A DNA stretch of 64,000 nucleotides from contig NC_045704.1 of the NCBI RefSeq assembly GCF_009834535.1, positions 21,266,001-21,330,000 on the forward strand, given 5' to 3'. Of this stretch, positions 41,365 through 51,379 are shown in pieces; the first letter of the stretch is position 1, and every line of letters begins with the position of its first letter. The stretch is from Camelus ferus. Lineage: Eukaryota. The translations under genes were made by a program, and so were the position numbers. Below the pieces are notes generated by a model. That model saw only the letters and a list, made by a program, of their open reading frames with translations, did no database searches and was not told the DNA's origin.

Positions 41365-41692
41365 GCTAGAGATCCATAATCCCTTAACTACAATCCCCCA
41401 ATGCAAAACTGGTCTGAAGACAGAAAGATGTTTTGTGTGTTTGATGTTAAAACTAAATTGGCAGCGAAAGCTGACCTGAACTTATGAGTGGCTGCTTACT
41501 GTCTTAACTTATTCCACTTGGTATGAATATTCAGACATGTCACTGCAGAGATATTAATATTTGTTATTTTTAACACCCACTAGGAGTATTATATAAAATA
41601 CGTGGCATTTGCATGATATGACCATTTGAAATTCCAAAATCTGAAATGCACTTGGCCCCAGTCATTTTAGATAATGGACTGTGGACCTGCAT
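41365..41692. mobile_element. TcMar-Tigger-type MITE
   Basis: Imperfect terminal inverted repeats (agatccataatccctta ... agataatggactgtggacctg) and a ttccaaaatctgaaa motif typical of MER2/Tigger ends. Confidence 0.6.
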
Positions 41693-41775
41693 AATTGCCT
41701 CCATTTCTGAGATGGCAAAACTGAGGGACAGAGAAGGATAGGGCTTCCCAGGATTCCATACAGTATGATTCTTAC

Positions 41776-42652
41776 CGGAACAAAGCAGAACTCATGTTTG
41801 ACTGTAGCGATGGTAATGCCAAAGATGTGCCTTGTGACAAAGCATGGGCTGTCTCCCTCCAGAGTAGGCAACACACAGTTGGAAGGCAGGGAGGCCACTG
41901 GGCAGGGTCTGAGGGTGCAGCCTCAAGGCATGGGGAAAGAGTAGCCATCAAAAGTGTAGATGTATGGTAACCCAGAGGCCCAAAAGTTACCCCTTGTGAT
42001 GGACCCCTGCCCATTACTAGAGACAGTTGCTATCTCTGATTTGCACAAGTATCATTTTGGACCCAAACACAGTTTCAAGTTCTGGTTTCTCCACTGCTAC
42101 AGCCTCTGAGCTTGGCTCAATCACTGGCACCCACCTTGAGCCCCAGCTTGGCCACTGAGGCAATTTCTGACCGAGACCAATACACTGTCTTGGATTTGGG
42201 CTCTGGTTCAGCTGAGCATGGGCAGGGAGATAGGTGCAGGTGCTGGTTCAACTACAGCTGCAGATTTAGGCCAGGGTTCATTCACAGCCCCTGTGCAAGC
42301 CCCAGATAAGCTGCAGCCACAGGTAAAAAAAAGCCCTGGTTCAGCTTCATGTATGCTCTCTGATCCTGGTCTGACCATTACCATGGTTTTAGCTCTGGAC
42401 GCTGTTTTGGAGTCCTTTAGAGATACTGTCTTGAAACTGGACATGGTCTTGGATCCAGATGTGTCCTGAGTGCTGTGTATACACTTCGCTTTGTGCTTCA
42501 CAAGGTGACTTGTGGTCCCATCAGAGCATGCATAGTCCTTACAGGAGAATGGAACTGGAGGGGCATCATCACGGAAGATTCTAGGCATCATTAGGGAAGA
42601 TTCTAGGAAGGAATGGGATTCCATGGGAGGGTCCACAGCCGTCTCAGAACAC
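41776..42652 (-). pseudogene. FCGBP-like exon 3: Pro/Glu/Ser-rich linker + N-half of VWD1
   Basis: Acceptor CTCATCTCCAG| at 42653 and donor CCG|GTAAG at 41775. Contains WASGLPYIYTFDGYSFPMP*GCT (VWD start consensus CxASGDPHYxTFDG..F.GxC) with TGA at 41925-41923, then PCFVTRHIFGITIAT. Confidence 0.8.
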
Positions 42653-43985
42653 CTGGAGATGAGAGGAGAGGATGCAACAGAACTGAATCCTGGCATTTAA
42701 TTTCATCCCTGACCTGCCTCCACACCCTAAGCATCCAGGGTCCCTGGCATTGAGGACTCAACATTCAGAAGCTAACAGGGTTCCCAATCTAAAATGAATT
42801 GGGGTCCGTATCAGCAGAAAGAGAAGGGTGGGGCTGAGGGACAATACAGAAATGATCAGCACAGCCTGGGTGTATAATAGGACTTTGATAAGCCAGTGAG
42901 AACAAGCTTCCTCTAAAGACAGCTATACCAATTATTTAAAAGTATCTGTGCTAGTAAGTCCAAACACATCTGTAAGTTGATTTTGGCCAGTGAAGACTTC
43001 CATCTTGTCATGTTAAGCAGCCTTAAGAAGTGTGTGTGTGTGTGTGTATGCATTCTTTGGGGGAGGGATTGGAAACATATATCCTCCCTAATTTCTAGGG
43101 AGAGGATTTATTTTTCATAATTGTTGGTGCGTGAAGTTAGCCATCTACAAAGTAAACTTGAAAGAAATTATTTGTTCTGTAGGATTTTGTATATTTTCCA
43201 TCAAGATGAAATACAGAGTTTTGGTGTGGATTAGAATGGGAGCTTAAGTATCAGCTCCTCAGGGTAGGGATGTTGTCTATGTTGTTCATTGCATTTCCAG
43301 TGCCTAGAACAGGCCTGGCCTGAGGGAAATATTTTTAAAACTTATTGAAAAATAATGGCAAATATTTACTGCATGCCAGACGCTGTTCTATTAACTCATC
43401 TTTTAAAAGGCAAGAAAACCTTATGATGTTGTTGGTATTATTACCCACACTTCACCGAGGAGAAACTAGAGGGTTCGAGAAGCGAAGTGACCTGCCCAGA
43501 AGCACACAGCTTATTGCAAGATTTTAAGCCTCTTGGCTCCAGAGTCCAGCTCTGAGCCATTATGAATAAATGACTTGAAGTATATATCTTCGTTTCTAAA
43601 ATACCCTAGCCTCTCTGAGTATTCCCTCACGCCTCTCTCATCTCCCCGGTCTCCTGCTGTTTTTCGGAACTGGAAGATATTGGATGGGAGCCCCCTGATT
43701 CCAGGGTTACGGGGAAATCCCGAGTGCCTTGGCACAATTCAGGACCATGGTCAGCGTCCAGTTACCATTTACACTGAGTCAGCGCGGAGCGCAGCGCTCA
43801 CTGTGGCGATGCGCCTCTTTGGAGCAGCCTGAGAGAATGTGGATCGCGGCTGCCACACTCTCCGTGTGTAGATTTGGGAAGTGATTTTGCGACTTCAACC
43901 TTCAACTGCTCCCTCTATAAAATGCGGATTTTATAAAAATCTGCCTCCACGGTGGCTACGAGGAATACATTACATAATGTACATG

Positions 43986-43990
<5 letters not shown>

Positions 43991-44018
<28 letters not shown>
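43991..44018 (+). repeat. (TA)14 microsatellite
   Basis: Read directly from the sequence. Confidence 0.95.
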
Positions 44019-44021
<3 letters not shown>

Positions 44022-44494
44022 TTAACTCATAAATCTGGACTATAAGTGTTTGTGAGGCAGTACAAAAAGCAAACAAAAGAAAAAGACGGTTAAACAACTT
44101 GTGTGCTGGAAGTAAGTGGACCAGGGTTCAAATCCTGACTCTGCTCCTTTCTAGCTTGGCAAAAGATTTGAGCTCCAGCCCTTCCCCTTCCTTTCTCCAG
44201 GAGAAAAAAAGGAGGGGAATTATTATAATATTATTATAGCGTCTACCCTAAAGGCTAGGAGGAAGGTTAAGCATTCAATATTAACTTTGTTATTTTATCT
44301 CTCCCTCCCCATTGTTCATATTTTACACTATAATAAAGAAAAAGAGCACGTGACCATCAGCAATAACTTCCCCTTGAGCCCAGTACCTGGTATAAAAATA
44401 ATGTGGCACACATTTAATAAATTATAGTTATTATTATTCATTCCATAAATGTTTACGGAGTGCTGGGCACTATCATGGGTGCTAGTGATTCAAT

Positions 44495-44654
44495 GGTGAA
44501 CAAAACACTTTTGTAAAAATCTGACCACTTGAAGCTATTTGGGGTGACAGAAATATTCTATAACTTGATCTAGGTGATGGTTACACGGGTGTGTATATAT
44601 ATGGGAATATTAATCAGGCAGGTTACTTTAAGATTGTGCAATTAACTGTGTATC
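44495..44654 (+). mobile_element. L1 3' end fragment
   Basis: ttggggtgacagaaatattctataacttgatctaggtgatggttacacgggtgt; inserted in an L2 and itself interrupted by the SINE at 44669. Confidence 0.65.
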
Positions 44655-44668
44655 TTAAGCCTTACTTT

Positions 44669-44829
44669 TTGTTGTTGATTTTAGTTTGTTTTTGTGGGGG
44701 AGGGAGGTAATTAGGTGTGTGTATGTATATATGTATGTATGTATGTATTTAATGGAGGTACTGGGAATTGAACCCAGGACCTCATGAATGCTAGGTACAC
44801 ACTCTACTACTGAGCTATACCCTCCCCCC
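44669..44829 (-). mobile_element. tRNA-derived SINE (camelid vic-1-like) with 14-bp TSD
   Basis: Same head, B box and CCTAATTACCTCC tail in reverse orientation, with an internal (TATG)n tract. TSD TTAAGCCTTACTTT at 44655-44668 and 44831-44844. Confidence 0.9.
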
Positions 44830-44859
44830 TTTAAGCCTTACTTTAAAAAAATTGCTCTC

Positions 44860-45310
44860 AAGGAACTAATGTGTAGCAGAGAGAGAAAATAAGTTAAGAA
44901 TAAAGAAAGTGACATGCTTTATGGGAAAAAAAGCAGGGAAGGGCTAAAGATTGTAGGGCTTGGAGAGTTGCTATTTTAAATTGGGTGGTCAGGTTGGCCT
45001 CAATAAGAAGATTCAATTGAGTAAACAATTGAAGGAGGTGAGGGAGTGACCCAAAAGTATATTATGGGGACAGCCAGTGCAAAGGCCCTGGAGCAGGGAG
45101 AAAAGAGTAAGGTGGCCAATGTGGCTGCAGTGAGGGAGGACAAGAGAGGAGATGAGATCAGAAAGGTAATGGGAGCAGGTCGTATGGGGCCTTACAAAAC
45201 ACTGTAAGGACTTTTGTTTTTTACTGGGAGTGAGGTGGAATGATTGCATGGGAGGGACGTGACTTGGCATTTTAAAACTGTCTCTTTGGCTGCTAGTTGA
45301 GCAATCGAGT
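44860..45310 (-). mobile_element. L2 fragment
   Basis: gccagtgcaaaggccctggagcagg...ggccaatgtggctgcag...aaggacttttgttttttactg...ttttaaaactgtctctttggctgct. Confidence 0.7.
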
Positions 45311-45354
45311 GTAGTGTTATGATTTTCGATCCTCATCCCCTGAAATCCCATTAC

Positions 45355-46671
45355 CTGCCCACCGCCTCTCTTGGGCCCCAGAGCTGGTCACCCGCTGCCG
45401 GGAACCCCGCGGCTTGGGTCCGGAAGCCAGCGCCGTGGGCGGTGCTGGAGCTGAACTACGCCCGCCGCGTCTCCTGGCTGCGCACGGCATCGCGCCAGCG
45501 CCTGGGCCCATAGGCCAACTCGGTAACTCGGTCGAGGCGAAGCTCTGAGCCAAGACGTGCTTTGGCCAGAATACTGCCCGGGATGAGGCTCAGGACCAGC
45601 AGGAATGAGACTCCAGTGCGAGCTGGGCAGCGGCTGCTGATTGGAGAAGCCTGGCAACGCCTCGAGCGCGAAGCTCAGTCTGAATGCGCCCACTGGGAGC
45701 ATGAGGGCAAAAAAAAAAAAAGGATTGTAGGTGACGCCCGCGCAGGCGGCGGCTGCAGCCAGGAAAGTATCTGCTGGCGGGCGGGGAAGCTCAGCACTAG
45801 CGGGCGCACCGGATCCACGTCCAAGCGCAGCAAGGCGCCAGGGCTCAGAGCCCGCGCTCTTTTCGGGGCTGCCCCCCGCGGCCAACAAGCGCAGGCCACC
45901 GGGACCGAGAACCGCCAAGTACACAAGGTCTCCGGGCCCGGGATCCAGGAGGCGCGAATGGAAGCACGGCGTAGACATGGCCCCAGCGACTCTGGGGCAG
46001 CAGCTGTTCGCACACGTGGCCACAGGCTTTGTCTCCGCTTGCCGGCAACTGTGATCGGCTAGGAGCGCGACGGGATGAGTGGCCATGACGTGGGTGCCCC
46101 ACACGTCTCCTGAGCTCTAACCCCCTCGGTGCCTGGAAGGGCTCGAGGTGTACGAGGAGGGGCCGGCGGGCAGCGTGCTCGGGGCCGTCCAGAGGGACCG
46201 GCACCGGAGTTCTGAGACGCAGGCACATGGGCCCAGCGCCGGGCACCACGGCAAACTCCTTGTGCCCGTCGTGGGGCTGCAGAGACGGCGTCACAACCCC
46301 GTAGAGAGGACCCAGCGGGCAGTGCGGAAGAGCCAGGGAGAATCTCAGGAGGCTCGCTCACCATCACAGTCACTCCCACCGACCGCCACGCGCTGCCCGC
46401 CGCCCGCCCCGAGCCCCGCAGCTCCACAGCGCGGGGCAGGCGCACGGACGCACTGGCGCTTGGCCGCAGGCTCAGCGCGCGCCGGAAGGGCGGCGCCCCC
46501 AGCGGGGGCGCTCTCACTAGCACTGCCCTTGCGGGGCGGAGTGGGGGCCCTTGGGCGGTGGCGACACGTACGGCCGGAAGTGGGGCTTCTCAGTGCTGGA
46601 TTTCTCTAAGAAAGCCGTGATGAAGTAATGGCCCTGGAAACTCATAAACGCAGCCATTGGGCTTGAGGGAT
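45355..46671 (-). pseudogene. FCGBP-like exon 2: IgGFc-binding N-terminal domain, frameshifted
   Basis: Acceptor TTCCCAG| at 46672 (in frame with exon 1) and donor GCAG|GTAATG at 45354. Segments across frames match recalled FCGBP: GHYFITAFLEK (GREEFLTAFLQN), LSLRPSASASVRLP (VTVRPGESVMVNIS), LGPLYGVVTP (LGTEYFVLTP), GHKEFAVVPGA (NVKEFAVVAGA), ACGHVCEQLLPQSRWGHVYAV (TCNHVVEQLLPTSAWGTHYVV), GVTYNPF (EVTYDPY). Confidence 0.92.
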
Positions 46672-46699
46672 CTGGGAATACGGAGGAAAGAGTCAGCAT

Positions 46700-46910
46700 A
46701 ATCCTGTGGATTTTGAGGCCAAATAAATCAGGTTTTAATTCTGACTGCCACTCCCCGGCCATTTGAACATGGGCAAGGTATTTAACTTATCTGGGCCTCA
46801 TTTGTAAGAGGAGTTCTTAGCTCACACTCCACAGGGCTAAAGGGAAGATTAGATGAGATAATATACGTAAAGGCCATGGAACAGTGTCTGGTATATAAAT
46901 ATCAGCTTAA
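46700..46910 (+). mobile_element. MIR in intron 1 of the FCGBP-like locus
   Basis: ggttttaattctgactgccact...catgggcaaggtatttaacttatctgggcctca...agattagatgagataatatacgtaaagg. Confidence 0.7.
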
Positions 46911-47170
46911 AATACAGTTGTTCCATTGGGCCACCGTCCCGGAAAGGCGTGACTGGCCCCCTTCCTACAAGTAGTTTGGCCAATCCCTCTCCACAGAGTC
47001 TGCCCAAATAGTCCCTTGTCCCAGCTGGCCAGGGCCCTGTCCCTAGAAGCTCCACTGTGGCCAATCCCAGAATTTGCCAGGCAGCCCCCCAACCCTAGCC
47101 AGCACAACCAGTCCCTGCTGCAGACCCAGACCAGATCACCAGCCTACTGGGTCTCCCATGGATCCCTCAC

Positions 47171-47225
47171 CCCGTAGGAAACTCAGGGCCCCTAGGCACA
47201 GCAGGGCCGGTGTGACGGCAGCCAT
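47171..47225 (-). pseudogene. FCGBP-like exon 1: signal peptide
   Basis: ccagccATGG Kozak context; MAAVTPALLCLGALSFLR + G then GTGAGG donor, i.e. 18 codons + phase 1. The recalled FCGBP leader (MGALWSWWILWAGATLLW-G) is also 18 residues + G. Confidence 0.8.
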
Positions 47226-47428
47226 GGCTGGAGAGAGAAGGGATGGATCCAGGCTAGTCAGTGCAGTCTCTCCCCCAAGTCTGCCCTCCAGCCCTCCTAC
47301 TGCAGGAGCAGAAGGGGACACAAGAGGAATTCCAGAGAAAGGCTTGGGCCTCAGAGCCAGGGGAAAAGGCAAGGTTGGGGGTCTCACTTGCCAGGAGCTG
47401 GACTAAGGCCAGGCATATCGTGGGGGCA

Positions 47429-47434
47429 TTTATA
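47429..47434 (-). promoter_or_regulatory. TATA box of the FCGBP-like locus
   Basis: GACTATAAATG on the minus strand about 200 nt upstream of the Kozak ATG at 47225. Confidence 0.5.
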
Positions 47435-47959
47435 GTCCCAGATGCCTGGGCCTGGCCCTCAGCACTCTTGCAGGGTCAGCACACAGATGCCCCCATTAGC
47501 ACTGGCTCCAGCCTGACCTGGTGCCATTGATCATAATGTTGGCGGGGTCAGGGAGAATGGGCAGTGGAGAGACAGGGAGGGGAGGGGAGAGACAGTGAGC
47601 AGAGACACTGAAAGAAGGAGAGGGAAAAAAAATGCAAGAAAATTACTGTGAGATGGAGAGATGGGTGTGGGGCAAGGGACAGACAGGGTGAGAAAGGTAG
47701 AGAGAGTTCAGAGTGGTGGACAGACATAAGGACCAAAAGAGAGACAAGAAAGATATTTCTTCAAGGAGGGCCTTCGAGTGTGGAGGAAGTGGTTGTGTCT
47801 GAAAGGAATGACTGCTCCAAGCTTGAGACAGAAAATTACACATTAGGGGATTGAAGTGGGCCAGGCAACAATACCATGGTTCCTCAGAAAAGAAGGGCTC
47901 CTGAGCCTGCTGAGGAAGGAGAGTTTTCAGGCTTGAGCTTTGGGGATCTTGGGGAAGAG

Positions 47960-48110
47960 GGTGCCAGGAGCCCACACTCCTGGATTCTGTGCAAGGAGGG
48001 ACTGGAGACTGGATTTCTGTGTCTGAGGGAGGAGAACTGGGGACCTAAACTCCTGAACCTGGGGAAGGAGGGAGCTGCAGCCTGGACCCTAGGCCCTGGA
48101 AGTGACTGGA
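47960..48110 (+). repeat. Degenerate MSR1-like ~37-bp minisatellite units
   Basis: gggaggagaactggggacctaaactcctgaacctgg and neighbouring units resemble the recalled MSR1 unit GGGAGGAGGGGCTGGGGGCCTGGACTCCTGGGTCTGA. Confidence 0.55.
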
Positions 48111-49924
48111 GACAGGCAGGAGAGGACACCATGGGCCTGGTATGTGGAGGGCTGGAGGATTTGGGGATGGAGCTCCCCAAGGGAAGACAATGGCTTCCAG
48201 TCACTCCCATCCTTCCAGAATGGTCCTGAACTGAAGAACAATGAAGCCACACCCTCCACCCTCCGTGGAGGATCTGGGAGGAAGGACAAGCTGGGGCTCT
48301 AGACAGGGACCTTGGATACAGTTTCCAGCCCCTCCCTCCCCCAGGTCCCCGGAGCCTGTGCCCTTAGCCCTTTCCCCCCAGAACCCTTGCCTTTGGTGGG
48401 AGGAGTAGGGGGAATATTCAAGAAGGAACCAAGTTTCTTTCAGTAGTTTCATTTCTTACCTGCTTAAGGTCCTGCCGGGCTCTTCATCACAAGCTGAGGT
48501 GAGGGAAGGCTCTGCGGAGGGCACAGGGAACAAGGTGAGGGAGGGTGTGGGAGTGTAAAGGTGTGGGCCTTTCAGGGAGCAGTGATTTCCTTCCAGCCTG
48601 AGGTGGGGAACGTATGTGCTAGAGATGCAACCAGGCAGGGGCCGGTGGGGGGGGGGGGCAAGGCCTGTCCAGCCCTGCTGAGGAGCTGGGACACTGTCCC
48701 ATGAAACTTGGAGATCCATGGAGGATTCTATGTAGAGGAGGGTCAGGTTTGGCTTTAGGAAGATTCCCTGGACCAGAGGGTGAGACTTTTGGACAGAAAC
48801 CCAAGGGAAGGAGGTGCAGAGACCCGGGTGGTTGACCAGAGCTAGAATGGGAAGGGGCCAGAGAAAGGAGGAAGAGAAGGTGGGTGGGATGCTCAGGAGG
48901 CCGAGTGAGGGTTGCCCTGAGACAGGACCAGCGTGGGACCCAGTGTGTGTGAGAGGCCTGAAGGATGTCCAGGAAGCCAAGGTCAGCCAGGCCTGGGGTT
49001 TCGGAGAGGGGCCAGGGAAGGGGACAGATATATGGAGGTTGTCAGCAGAGAAAGAAAACAGAGGCGTCGGGGTGTGCCGGCAGATGATGGCCCAGAATGA
49101 GGTGAGTGGAGAAGCAGGAAGAGGGTGAGTTCCCAGCCCTGGGGACCACAGCATTCAGGGTCATGGATGCAGAGGAAGTTCCTGAAGAACTGATGTTTTA
49201 TCCAGAGGACCAGGCAGAGTGAAGTGTATCCCAGGGGTTCCACAAAGGTGAAGCCAGAATATACTCAGAATAAAGTCCTTTGAAGTCTCACATTTTATAC
49301 TCTAAATTCTTGCCAATTTTGCATTCACGTCCATTGGTCTATCCATGTGAGTTCTCATATGAAAAGGTTTCTAGTATTGCCAGTGACACCCTTTCATCCA
49401 CCCTTGTGTATTCATCCCTCCCCCCGCAACCAGTGAAAATCTTTAAGTGAAAATGAAGCTCTGGGTTCAGCCTGTGGCTTAAGGATCTCCCTGGCCAGTC
49501 TCCTGGTGCACTGAGGTGTCTGTCGCCCAAGCATTTCAGGCTCCTCACAAGCCTGCCCAGTGGCCAGACATTCCCAACCCCTCGACAGGCAACTAAGCCT
49601 CCCACCCCTGACCTTGTTCTTTGCCATGTGCCCCTAACCATCCTCCCCACCATAGCCTAATAGATCTTTCTAAAGTCCATATCTGACCCTGTCCCTCTCT
49701 TGGCTCCCCAGTGCCCCTGGCGTGGAGTCACAGTTTCTCAGTCTGGCATCAGGTGCCTGCCCACCTCGTGAGCTCACCTGTCACCATTCCTTTTCTCCCA
49801 CTCTGTCCTCCAGCTACACAGAACTTTGACCAGATCTCCAAGCGCACAATCCTCTCTTACCTTTTGCATACAATGGCCTCTCTCCTTGGAAGACCCTCTC
49901 TTTTCCAGGTTCTCTGTATAAACT

Positions 49925-50091
49925 TCAAGTGTGCAGGGCTCAGTGCTAAATGGAAATGTGGAGTCCCTTGTTCAAAAATCATTAAGAATTTCACAGTGGT
50001 GACAGCGGGGCATCAACCAAGCACAGAGTCCTTTTAAACATAGGGTGCTGTGCGACCGCACAGGTCACACTGCCGTGAAGCCAGCCCTGCC
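49925..50091 (-). mobile_element. MER45A-like hAT-Tip100 element
   Basis: ccttgttcaaaaatcattaagaatttca...gcgaccgcacaggtcacac...tgaagccagccctg is the reverse complement of the recalled MER45A consensus. Confidence 0.75.
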
Positions 50092-51379
50092 TTCAGGAAC
50101 TCTTGGACTCTCCCCACCTCCCTCCCACGCGCAATCAGGAGCTCCTTCTGGATTCCCAGAGCCTTTGGCTTAAACAAGTCCCAATCATTCTTGCCTGTGC
50201 TTCCCCTACCCCAGCCCTGACCATCCTGGGCTGCCACTGTTTGGTGACTGTTTATTTCCTCCACTGGACTGGAACTCTGAGAGGGCAGAGTCTGGGGCTG
50301 CACTGGTCACCACTGTGTTCCCAGCATCACTCTGCACAGGTCAGGGCAGCACTGAACACTGATACCTCTCCCTGCTTTTTGTGAAGCGGGAAAGGACACA
50401 GGCACCAGGGAGGAACCAAAGATAAGAGCCATTCCCAAGTTCAATCTAGAAAAAAATATCCCCATCCTGAGGACACTTTATCTGATTCTCCCACATGTAT
50501 GTCCAGGAAAAGAGCTGCAAAGGCTTGGTATTAGCTGAGGCCTTACGAGGGTCTGCAGGTATGTCATCACTCAGGGCCTGTGATGGATGACCCACACCCA
50601 GACACATGGGTTGGATCTGGCAGGAAATAGGGGAGAGCCCTGGTATCAGGACTACAGTGTCTTCAAGAAAATGCTCCAGTAGCCTGGAGCTTTTGGCCTC
50701 TGGAAAGCTAGTCTCAAAAACGTGCAGAGAACTCTCAAGGCCAGGTAGAGCATGGACAGTGGAAAGATTATCACTCCCTGAGCTTAAGAAACTGGTGGAC
50801 TCACTGGGCAATGTCAGACAAGCTGCATTTTAACTTTAAATTCTAGATACATGTGATAATTTGTCCACAGTCATATTGTTTCTGCATGGGGATGGGGGAT
50901 GGTCCAGGCATCCTGTGGGGGAGGCAGAGGGGGACCACGCTAGAGGGACCAGCTTGCCCGAGTACCTCCTCCCACCCCCCTACTTCCGAATGTGTAATAA
51001 GCTACCACTGAGTGTGTGTCCCTGTTCTGGTCCTGCATTTCCTGTGTCCACATTCCCCACAACCAGTCATGGCCTTTGTCTTGCAGTCTCAGTCCGAGTC
51101 CTTGAACCTGGAAAAGGTCCTTAATTCCTGTACTACAGAGAAGTCAGCTCCCCCATCAAAGGGATAGATCCTTGGATATCAGAGACCAAGACCCCACAAC
51201 TCTTCTTCCCCAGTCTCTCTGCAGTCTTGCCTGAGAAACATGTAGTTGGTCAGTGGTCCACATCGTCCACTTCTGTGTAGGAGATGGAGGCCTCTGGTGA
51301 GGTGATTTCAAATCTCTCAATCCAGACACTTCAGGTCCCAACCTCGTCTGGTCACTTTTCTGCCTGGACCATCGCCTGG

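Larger units (their letters stand above)
29745..47225 (-). pseudogene. Unprocessed FCGBP-like (IgGFc-binding protein paralogue) pseudogene: signal peptide, IgGFc-binding N-domain, mucin-like linker, VWD/C8/TIL modules, terminal VWD
   Basis: About 12 exon remnants in colinear FCGBP order, most with recognisable GT/AG boundaries, interrupted by many stops and frameshifts. See the individual exon entries. Confidence 0.9.

Noticed and set aside
29745-42652. Assignment of the VWD/C8/TIL remnants to zonadhesin, alpha-tectorin or a gel-forming mucin
   Set aside because: The IgGFc-binding N-domain, the 18-codon leader exon and the FCGBP-type terminal VWD fit FCGBP; no MAM, NIDO, ZP, TM or cystine-knot remnants were seen.
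45388-46609. Several long GC-rich ORFs (238, 166, 154, 153, 149 aa) as independent genes
   Set aside because: The minus-strand ones are alternating frames of the broken IgGFc-binding exon; the plus-strand ones are antisense shadows of GC-rich DNA.
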